DNA of 62,629 nt, filler included. It is 7 parts of 7 records of this genome, joined end to end, with 100 filler letters (N's around TTAATTAATTAA, not from the genome) between each part and the next. Parts side by side here need not be neighbours in the genome. Positions count along the whole stretch, not along the records: positions 30,684 to 51,491 come from SRR31156797_11737; positions 51,592 to 56,901 come from SRR31156797_11742; positions 57,002 to 62,629 come from SRR31156797_11746; 4 more parts are not named here. One strand, given 5' to 3'. Shown in pieces: positions 48,983 through 58,041 of the stretch (positions are counted from its first letter, which is position 1; every line of letters starts with the position of its first letter). A model generated the notes under the pieces. The model was not told the origin of the DNA. It worked only from the letters and a program-made list of their open reading frames with translations, and did not search any database. The translations under genes were made by a program, and so were the position numbers.

Positions 48983-49123
48983 AAGATGTCAGTGATTCTA
49001 TGCAAACTGCAGTACAACTAAGTACGTGTTGCGCTATTGTAGAAAAGCGTATTGTGATGATCCGGTATGTGCGTAGTCAGGGTTGTATATGAGCCAATAC
49101 ATCGCGTTTCAGAAGAGCCTTCC

Positions 49124-49157
49124 AAAAACAAAAGGCCACCCTAATGAGCAGCCTTTG
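49124..49157 (-). terminator. Intrinsic terminator of ppdK
   Basis: Minus strand AAAGGCTGCTC-ATTA-GGGTGGCCTTT followed by TGTTTTT. Confidence 0.65.
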
Positions 49158-49204
49158 AATTTATATGGAGTTGTAAAACTTCCTATATCGTTGTTTCGCG
49201 CTTA

Positions 49205-51491
49205 CTAGGCTTCTTTAACAAATGCCTGTGAAGCAGCCAGACGTGCGATTGGAACGCGGAATGGAGAACATGAAACATAATCCAAACCTGTACGGTGGCA
49301 GAACTCAACAGATGAAGGTTCACCGCCATGTTCACCACAAATACCCAGTTTCAGATCTGAACGTACTTCACGGCCTTTTTCGCAAGCCATCTCAACCAGC
49401 TGGCCAACACCTGTTTGCTCAAGTACCTGGAAAGGATCGTGCTTCAGGATGCCTTTTTTGATATAAACCGGCAGAAATTTACCAGCATCATCACGTGAAT
49501 AACCAAAAGTCATCTGTGTTAAGTCGTTGGTTCCGAATGAGAAGAATTCAGCTGATTCTGCAATCTCATTTGCAGTTAAGGCTGCCCGTGGAATCTCAAT
49601 CATAGTTCCAACAAGGAAGTCAACTTCAACACCTTTTTCGGCTTGTACCTCAGCAGCAACACGACGGATAATTTCCTCCTGCATTTTGAATTCCTCAACT
49701 GTACCGATGAGAGGAATCATAATTTCAGGCTTTGGATCAAGACCTTTTGCTTTCAGGTTGCAAGCAGCTTCGATAATAGCGCGGGCCTGCATTTCGGTAA
49801 TTTCAGGATATGTATTTCCCAGACGGCAACCACGGTGGCCCAGCATCGGGTTGAATTCATGCAGACTGTCAACTTTAGCTTTAACTACATCTACATCAAC
49901 ACCAAGTTTTTCAGCCATTTCAGCCTGTGCTTCAGGTTCGTTTGGTGTAAACTCATGCAATGGAGGATCCAGCAGACGGATGGTTACACCAAAACCGTCC
50001 ATGGCTTCCAGAATACCTTCAAAGTCTTCGCGCTGCATGGGTAGTAATTTATCCAAAGCCACTTTACGTCCGGCTTCATCATCAGCCAGGATCATTTCGC
50101 GAACAGCCCAAATCCGTTCACCTTCAAAGAACATATGTTCTGTGCGGCAAAGACCGATACCTTTGGCACCAAAGTCGCGTGCAACCTGTGCATCGTGTGG
50201 GGTATCAGCATTTGTTCGAACATACATCCTGGTATTTTTTTCAGCCATTTCCATCAGCTTACCAAAGTTTCCTGAAAGTTCAGGATTGATGGTGGCTACT
50301 TTACCTTCATAAACTTCTCCGGTTGTTCCGTTCAGGCTCATCCAGTCGCCTTCCTTAAAAGTAACACCTTTGATGGTCATGGCGCGTTTTTTATAATCAA
50401 CAGATACCTCACCTGCACCTGAGACACAGCACTTACCCATACCACGGGCAACAACAGCAGCGTGTGAAGTCATACCACCACGTGCGGTAAGAATACCCTC
50501 GGCAGCGTACATTCCACGAAGATCTTCAGGAGAAGTTTCAACGCGAACGAGAATCACTTTTTCACCTTTTTCGGCCCATTCTTCGGCTTCATCAGCAAAG
50601 AACACTACACGACCGGTTGCAGCTCCCGGAGAAGCAGGCAATCCTTTGGTGAGTGTTTTTGCAGCTTTAATGGCATCACCTTCAAAAACAGGGTGGAGCA
50701 ACTCATCAAGTCTATTAGGGTCCTGACGAAGAATGGCGGTTTTTGGGTCAATTATTCCCTGCTCAACCATTTCTACTGCAATACGAACCATTGCCGCACC
50801 GGTACGTTTACCATTACGGGTCTGGAGCATCCAGAGTTTACCATCCTGAATGGTGAATTCGAGATCCTGCATATCTGAGTAATGATCCTCGAGTTTTTGC
50901 TGTGTTTCGTTAAGTGTTTTAAATGCTGCTGGCATTGATTCTTCGAGTGAAGGATATTTTGCCAGTCTTTCTTCTTCCGAAATATTCTGCATTTTGGCCC
51001 AGCGTTGCGAACCTTCTTTTGTAATTTCCTGTGGAGTACGCACACCGGCAACCACATCTTCGCCCTGTGCATTGATCAGATACTCCCCATTAAAGATATC
51101 TTCACCGGTTGCTGCATCACGGGTAAAGGCAACGCCTGTTGCTGAATTATTTCCCATGTTGCCATAAACCATGGCCTGAACATTTACAGCTGTTCCCCAT
51201 TCTTCAGGAATTTTTTCCATCCGGCGATAAAGGATTGCGCGTTCGGTATTCCATGAATCAAACACAGCACAAACTGCTCCCCAAAGCTGATCCCATGGAT
51301 CAACAGGGAATGCTGTGCCCGTTTGCTTTTTAACTACCCCTTTAAAAGCTTCAACAACTTCCATCAGGTCTTCAGCAGTAAATTCTGTATCTGTCGTATA
51401 TCCTTTGGCCTCTTTGATTTTATCCATCTCTATTTCAAAAGGATCATGGTCACCTTTTTCAGCTTCAACACCCATTACCACATCACCATAC
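49205..51491 (-). CDS. ppdK: Pyruvate, phosphate dikinase, 5'-truncated
   Basis: NAQGEDVVAG, MQDLEFT, GGMTSHAAVVARG (phospho-His), GIGLCRTEHMF, FSFGTNDLTQ and GICGEHGG. Confidence 0.97.
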
Positions 51492-51591
51492 NNNNNNNNN
51501 NNNNNNNNNNNNNNNNNNNNNNNNNNNNNNNNNNNTTAATTAATTAANNNNNNNNNNNNNNNNNNNNNNNNNNNNNNNNNNNNNNNNNNNN
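51492..51591. other. Artificial contig linker
   Basis: N44-TTAATTAATTAA-N44. Confidence 0.98.
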
Positions 51592-51732
51592 GATACTCCC
51601 GGATGAGCGCTATACTCTATAAGGAGGCTTGGGGCCGAGGTCTACCTTGTAACTTTCATCAATGCCATAGGTTATTTATTTTACATCTGAAGCCTGAATA
51701 TGGAGAAGTTTCAATATTCCGTTAATCAAACC

Positions 51733-52768
51733 ATGTCCAACTTCTTAAGATCTTTGCTCAGTCCAATATTCAGCACGATTTTCAGAAAAAGAAAGAATAT
51801 CATCTTTACAATGCTACTTCTCAAGAAAGAGAATGAGATTTATCGACGTCATTGAACCTTAAAAACAAGAAACTCAATTTCAAGAAAACTGATAAATTCA
51901 CCCTTGCTAAGTTGAATTCTCTGTCAAAAAAGGTAATCAGTCATCTAACAATTGTGAAACCAGAGACTGTCCTTGACTGGCAACGTAGATTCATCAAATA
52001 CTTCTGGACATACAAACATAAGTCCCCTGGGGGAAAACCGAAAACCGGTGTCCAAAGATCTCAAGAAACTGATTCTTGAGATGAAGTAGGATAATCCTTT
52101 GTGTGGGGCTGCAAGAAAATCACCAATGAGCTTAAGAAAATCAACATTGAAATCCACTACACCATCCTAAACAAAATTATTCAGACCTTCAGGAAGCAAA
52201 GGAAGATTCAGCCCAATGGTTTTTGGAGTAAATTTCAGAAACCATTGAGATTCCTTGTTCAGTATGGATTTTATGGTCATCAACACCTTATTAGGAAAGA
52301 AATTCTATATTTTCATCATTTTTGAATTGAAATCAAGAAAGATAATTCGGTTTGATTTTACTGAGAATTCATGTCGGAAATTTGTGAAGTAACGGAGAGA
52401 GCTATTTTCCGAGGACTTTGAAGGCAAAGCGATAACACTGATCTATGACAAAGCCTCTCAATTTACTTCAATTGATTACAGCTGGTTTGGAATTAAGGGA
52501 GTTAATGTCTGTTCCAATGCTTCAAACATGAATGTGTTTGTCGAAAGATTAAACGGTTCAATCCGAAGAGAAGCTCTAGACCACTTCTTGCTGTTTTCTG
52601 AGAAGCAAATCCAGAAAATTATTTCTCAGTTTTTTTTCATACAATAATCAGAGAATGCACCAAGGGATAGATAAGATCCCTGATGCAGAAATAGGATAAT
52701 GTTCCGGTAATATCAGGAAACTGCCGGTACTATCGCGATAACATTGTTGTTACCGCTCAAGTGCTTAA
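51733..52768 (+). pseudogene. Decayed integrase-core (rve, IS481/IS3-like) transposase, copy A
   Basis: Fragments across frameshifts and stops: KKENEIYRRH, IVKPETVLDWQRR, WGCKKITNELKK, MDFM, LIYDKASQF, MNVFVERLNGSIRREALDHF, RMHQGI. Confidence 0.85.
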
Positions 52769-53104
52769 GGGTGTAAAAAAATAACGGACGCGTTCTTTAG
52801 CGAGGGGTATATCTTTGGCTCAGAAGGGAGCTGCTTTAAAAGAGTAAATCTAGCTTGCCCGACTTCTGTTCTGGAAGAACTGGTATTACGTCTAAAATCA
52901 GGTCTAGAAAACAGGAGAAAGTCGAATAATACAACATAAATATTGATTCCCTGGTAAAAGTTATTTAAATCCAGGTCTATTTAATGAATTGTTTCAATTC
53001 CTCTATTTGTAAGTTCTGCCTGCCTAGCTGACTGCAGGATAATATCCTGATATCTTTTAGGCCGAGAATTAAAGAAATACCCAAATAATAAACAATTTCC
53101 TTTT

Positions 53105-53782
53105 TTAATTCCGGGAAGCTCTAATCTCACGGAGATCCTTGTAGATTGTAAATTGACTTCGGTCAGTTTCTCTGCAGACCATTTCTATTGCCCCTTTAAT
53201 TGAGAAAAATCCATCTTTATCCAGTTTATCCAGAAAATTCAGTCGCTCGTTTTTATCTGCATAACGTAAAGGAGTTCCTCCTCGTAAACGTTTTGCTTCG
53301 TTAATAAGTGATTCCATTTGTTTTTGAGGGTCAGTATTAAAGGTTTCTTTTATATTATCAACATCATTGAGCGGTTTGACATTTGTAAGGGAATCTACTA
53401 ATGATTTTAGGATCGTTGCTCGGGTAAGGTCATAATTGATGCAAAGAAAACCGATTATTTTCCTTTCGTTGTCTCTGATTATAATTACACTTGATTTCAT
53501 GGGATTGCCATCTGATCTAAATGATTCATAATTTGCTATGTAATCTAAATCTTTAAATTTGTCTGAATATAACAAAGAAAATCCAAAATCGGTAAGATGA
53601 GCGTCCTTAGTTCGATTAGTAAGATTCCCATTGTATAGTTCCACAATAAAATGATTCTTTCCTGAAACATCATGAAGAACTATTTCATAATCTGGCCCCA
53701 ATGTTTCTCCTAGTGCTTTTGTAAGTGGAATAAAGGGTACTAATATAGGATGGCATTCTGGTAATATTTTATTTTCTGACAT
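53105..53782 (-). CDS. YheO/DauR-like PAS + HTH transcriptional regulator
   Basis: LGPDYEIVLHD, MKSS, IIGFLCINYD, GFFSIKGA and SQFTIYKDL. Confidence 0.9.
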   Translation of the reverse strand: MSENKILPECHPILVPFIPLTKALGETLGPDYEIVLHDVSGKNHFIVELYNGNLTNRTKDAHLTDFGFSLLYSDKFKDLDYIANYESFRSDGNPMKSSVIIIRDNERKIIGFLCINYDLTRATILKSLVDSLTNVKPLNDVDNIKETFNTDPQKQMESLINEAKRLRGGTPLRYADKNERLNFLDKLDKDGFFSIKGAIEMVCRETDRSQFTIYKDLREIRASRN

Positions 53783-53848
53783 TGCTTAAACCAAATAGCT
53801 GGATAAGGTATTCATTATCCAGCATAAATAGCTTAGCAAGAAGAGTTC

Positions 53849-54838
53849 TTAACTGTCAAGAAGAGTTCCAATACCTTTTTGTTTGGCTCGGAGTACAATT
53901 TCTTGTGCTGCAACAACATCCAATGCTGCGAATCCGACAGATTTAAATACAGTGATATCATCTTTTGATTTCCGTCCGGGGACAGTCCCTTCTAGTACTT
54001 CACCCAATTCGCCGGATATTTTATCTCTTTTCAATATGCCAGAATTTATCGGTTGAATAAAATCGCCTGCTTCTGAAAAAACAGCTTCTTTGTTATCTAT
54101 GAAAATCTTGTCTGCCTTAATAAGAAGTTCAGGATCGAGTTCTGCCATTTCTGGAGTATATGCTCCAATACCATTGATGTGGGCTCCCTTCTTAATTAAG
54201 TCACCCGAAAATACAGGTTTGATGGATGTCGTTACAGTTGTAATAACATCTGCGCCATCGACAGCTTGTTCTGAACTACCTGCCTGGATTAACTTTGCAC
54301 CTTTGAATAATGCATCTCTTTCATTTTCTTTAATAAATTTCGATATCCTGTCAGGATCAATGTCAAATACTCGAACCTCTTCTAGTTTTCTGGCTTCCAG
54401 CATAGCATCAAGCTGAGAAGCTGCCTGTCCTCCTGTTCCGAATAGCGCTCCTATTTTAACATCCTTATTTGCCAGAATATCTGTAGCAGCCCCGCTGAGA
54501 GCACCGGTTCGCAATCTTGTTAGTTCTGTACCGTCCAGTATGGCTTCTACTTCTCCTGTTTCGTCATTCAATAGGATCATTGTTGCAGGGACAACTGGTT
54601 TCCCTTTTGAATTGTTTTCTGGAAATACTGAAACTATTTTTATTCCTGTTGCATTTAATCCCTTGATGTGAGCTGGCATGAAAAGGGATTGTCCTGCTCC
54701 AAGTTCAATGTCAAAATTTGTCCTTAGAGGTGAAATACATTCATTTCTTGATTGTCTGATAAATGTTTTTTTATTTGCTTCTATTGCATCTCTCATAGAA
54801 AATACACGCCTAATATCATTGCTGGACAGAAATATCAT
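53849..54838 (-). CDS. Ornithine cyclodeaminase / mu-crystallin family protein
   Basis: LFMPA, GIKIVSVFPEN, LTRLRTGA, FGTGGQA (Rossmann), GAHINGIG and FKSVG. Confidence 0.92.
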   Translation of the reverse strand: MIFLSSNDIRRVFSMRDAIEANKKTFIRQSRNECISPLRTNFDIELGAGQSLFMPAHIKGLNATGIKIVSVFPENNSKGKPVVPATMILLNDETGEVEAILDGTELTRLRTGALSGAATDILANKDVKIGALFGTGGQAASQLDAMLEARKLEEVRVFDIDPDRISKFIKENERDALFKGAKLIQAGSSEQAVDGADVITTVTTSIKPVFSGDLIKKGAHINGIGAYTPEMAELDPELLIKADKIFIDNKEAVFSEAGDFIQPINSGILKRDKISGELGEVLEGTVPGRKSKDDITVFKSVGFAALDVVAAQEIVLRAKQKGIGTLLDS

Positions 54839-54839
54839 A

Positions 54840-55736
54840 TTATTTAGCTCCTTCTAATACTGATTTTTTCTTAGTCATAAATTCTCCCCATAGCATAGAG
54901 ATTCCGGCGTAAGCGATTATAGCTACAATAACCCATTGAAGAGCTGCAAGATTCAAACTTTTTACTATAAATACAGCAATTAATACACCTACAATACCGA
55001 AAATGCTTGAGAAAAATGTTATTTTACGTCCGTAAGAACCAAGCCTTACAAATTCCATTGCTCCCATCGGTACAGAAAAGGTACAGGCACCCATCATTAT
55101 TGGAAAAGCCACTGCAGGGTTCAGTCCCAGAGCATAAATCGTTGCCATTGTCGGTGCATATGAGCCGATCCCGACATTATTTAAAGCTCCGTATACGAAA
55201 AGAAGAACCATAGCAAGGACAAGTTTTGTACCGCTGAGAGAAGTCGCTTCACCACCAGAAGCTATAAGATTAAATTTATTGGCTAGGATAAATGTTGCAG
55301 CAATAAGAAGTCCTGCCCCCATGAAAAGTCTTATAAATCGTGCTGGCAGTTTTACAACAAATCTTGGGCCAAGATAGGCTCCTATCATCTGTGCGGCGAT
55401 ACAGAGTACAAGAGTAATTGGGTCTACTGATACTGCTGAAATGTAGGCTAGAGCCATAACCGCTACTGGAATAGCACACTGTGTATTTAATGTTCCAGGG
55501 AGTTTTTGATCATCAACCAGTTTTTTCCCTCTGTACATGATTGTTGACAAAGCGAAATCGGAAATACCGAATGTTGAAAGGAAAAAGATCGCGCATCCCC
55601 AGAGGGCAAGAAATACTGAGTTCCCTTTTTCCTTTGAAATCTCCTTTCTTTTTTTTACCAAATCCATAGTAAGTCGAAATGCATAGAATCCGTTTACGAT
55701 TACTATTGCCGCTAATAATGCAATTACAATATTCAT
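54840..55736 (-). CDS. TSUP (TauE/SafE-like) permease
   Basis: TFGISDFA, LPGTLN and GIGSYAP motifs with multiple TM helices. RBS AGGAG supports start ATG 55736 (MNIVIALL). Confidence 0.85.
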   Translation of the reverse strand: MNIVIALLAAIVIVNGFYAFRLTMDLVKKRKEISKEKGNSVFLALWGCAIFFLSTFGISDFALSTIMYRGKKLVDDQKLPGTLNTQCAIPVAVMALAYISAVSVDPITLVLCIAAQMIGAYLGPRFVVKLPARFIRLFMGAGLLIAATFILANKFNLIASGGEATSLSGTKLVLAMVLLFVYGALNNVGIGSYAPTMATIYALGLNPAVAFPIMMGACTFSVPMGAMEFVRLGSYGRKITFFSSIFGIVGVLIAVFIVKSLNLAALQWVIVAIIAYAGISMLWGEFMTKKKSVLEGAK

Positions 55737-55811
55737 GACAATTCTCCTAAAAACTCTTTTTTTCCATGTGCACAAGGAATAATTACAGACCGGCTGTATT
55801 ATATTGGTTAT

Positions 55812-55857
55812 ATTATTATCGAATAACAAAAAATTGTCAACAAGACAATAAATTGTC
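55812..55857 (-). promoter_or_regulatory. Sigma70-type promoter with tandem palindromic operator
   Basis: Minus strand TTGACA (55840-55835), 17-nt spacer, AATAAT. Palindrome GACAATAAATTGTC at 55844-55857 and a 12/14 copy AACAAAAAATTGTC at 55825-55838. Confidence 0.6.
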
Positions 55858-56128
55858 ATTCGGTATAAATCTAACGATATAAAAAATCTTCTTTTTAAGC
55901 GTAATTGATAGACTATTCACTATCTTTTATTCGGGAGTAAGGTTATAAGTGGGTGTGCATATGGAGTTAAAAACCTAGAACAGCACCTCCGCCGGATCCT
56001 GCGAACCGGAAGATGAATCTGAGGTTGCCGAGTTTGAGGAGAACTTTATAAAAAATCCCTTCTGCTGGATTTGGTCAACAAAAGGGAATCATATAATTTT
56101 TATCTATTGCGTTATTTTTTTCTCGTCC

Positions 56129-56751
56129 CTAAGCACTTGAACGATAGTAGTGATGGTGCAACTCGGATTATAGCGACAGTTTTTAATATTGCCGGTACAT
56201 TTTTCAATTTCTGCATTGGTGATCTTGCCGATTTCTTGGTGCATGCTCTGATAATTGTAATACTTCACAAAATAAGTAACAATTTTCCTAGCCTGCTTCT
56301 CGGAAAATAGGAGGAAATGATCCAAAACCTCTCTGCGAATAGTGCCGACAAGTCTTTCTACATAGACATTCATTTTGGTGTATACGAATAGATATTAACA
56401 CTTTCTATTTCGTACCAGCTGTTAATCAATTGAGGTAAATTGAGCTGCGTTGTCATAAATCAGAGTTTTCTTCTACTCCTCTAATTCATCTGAAAAAAGC
56501 TCAATTCTTTGCTATGCAAATTCCCTGCAAGGATTTTCAGTTATATCAAACCGGACAATCTTCCGAGTTTTCAATTCCATGATCAAAAGAAGATAGATTC
56601 TCTTCCCAAACAGAGTGTCGACGGTCATAAAATCCATCGCATAGAGTGAATCCCAGTGCATTTTCAGAAAGCTCTTCCAAGAACTATTCGGTTGAATGAC
56701 TCCTTTCTTTCTGAAATTTTTGATTATCTTGTTTGCCGTTGTGTAGTGAAT
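56129..56751 (-). pseudogene. Decayed integrase-core transposase, copy B (5'-truncated, inverted relative to copy A)
   Basis: IHYTTANKII, WKSFLKMHWDSLYAMDFMTVDTLFGKR, LIYDNAAQF and MNVYVERLVGTIRREVLDHF; its 3' end (TCAAGTGCTTA...AAAAAAATAACG) matches copy A. Confidence 0.85.
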
Positions 56752-56901
56752 ATTGTCTTTATAGATTCAACCGATACTCTGGCGAAAGCTACTGTTAATA
56801 AATATTTGTCAGACTGAATACTATAGTAAGAGAATGAAGTGATTCTCCGCTCCCAGAAAGCAACGTTAGATCTAAAATGCTATTAAAGGAGCGAGATATC
56901 A

Positions 56902-57001
56902 NNNNNNNNNNNNNNNNNNNNNNNNNNNNNNNNNNNNNNNNNNNNTTAATTAATTAANNNNNNNNNNNNNNNNNNNNNNNNNNNNNNNNNNNNNNNNNNN
57001 N
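56902..57001. other. Artificial contig linker
   Basis: N44-TTAATTAATTAA-N44. Confidence 0.98.
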
Positions 57002-58023
57002 GGTGCGTGCCCTATTATTACAGGGATTTCCGTTTCGGCGGGGCATTGAGCATCGGGTTTGCCTCCTGCTTCCCAGGCTTGTATGGCGGCGCCTTCTATA
57101 ACCCGGTCCCTTAATAGAGGCCTTGCTTCCACACCAAGGGCGCGGCTCAATTGTGAAAGGAAAAACTGGTTTGGCGGCGGCGGGCTGATAGCCGCCACAG
57201 TAGGAGGCGAGTCTTCGGACGGAACCAGGCGACGGACTGCGCCAAGGGCCGGGGCGAATGTTTTTTCAAACACTTCGGCGACATGATCGGCGGACAGCCT
57301 GTCGCTGTAAAACCCCAGCCTTTTTGCATCCGGAACGATAAAATTCCGACCCGGCGACCATTCTTCCCGGATTTGTCTGACCGCGGCCAGCATATAATCA
57401 AGCTGGAGCAATGAAGAAGCCGGCGGCCGGCCGCCCTGCAGTGCGTTGAGCAGCCGATAATCAAGCGGATCCAGACCGCAATTTTCCAACACCTCCAGGT
57501 TTTCCAGGCTTAGGGATTGCCCCGCGGCCACGTACCAGGATATATCGACGCTGCGATACCTGACATTGAACAAAAGCAACCTGTCCGCGGCGGTCAAATC
57601 CGGGCAGGCCTTGAGCACGGCCTTGTCTTCGTTGAAAAGCTGGACATCATAACCTAATTCCTGAATTATGTTCCTCAGGCCGACCCTGTCCCGCTGGCCA
57701 AGGGAAGAAGCCACAGACGCCTGAATCCCGCTTATTCCACGATTAAGCAGGGCCGAGGCTTTTTCTATGGCTGACAATATAATCTTCCGGGTGACGTCCC
57801 TGGGAATCAGCTTATAATTTCCATTCGACGTCGGGATATCGAATTCCTTGTCTGAAAGCCAGTTGGAAATGCTCCACCGCCTTACCAGGCCGTCCCTCGA
57901 TTGTTCGTACATGACGGGCAGCCTGGCGTCAACCAGGGTCCTGGCAGTGTGATCGCAAAAGGCGGCTGCCTTGCATCCGGTTGATGAAACTTCGAGCCCG
58001 ACGCCGATTTCAGTTTGAGTCAT
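57002..58023 (-). CDS. Highly diverged Hsp70/actin-fold protein with degenerate nucleotide-binding motifs, 3'-truncated
   Basis: Motif vestiges in the correct order: VGLEVSSTGCKAA (cf. IGIDLGTTNSVV), LLLFNVRYRSVDIS (cf. ILVFDLGGGTFDVS), CGLDPLDYRL (cf. LGGDDFDRVI) and VIEGAAIQA (cf. VALGAAIQA). Confidence 0.6.
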
Positions 58024-58041
58024 TTTTTTTCAGGCGTTCCT

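Noticed and set aside
51733-52768. Programmed frameshifting or stop-codon recoding in the transposase
   Set aside because: Multiple frameshifts and stops occur at different positions in the two copies, and neighbouring genes use the standard code; simple decay explains it.
55981-56030. GC-rich possible stem-loop (GCACCTC...GAGGTTGC) in AT-rich DNA
   Set aside because: Single copy with no recognisable RNA family and no U-tract.
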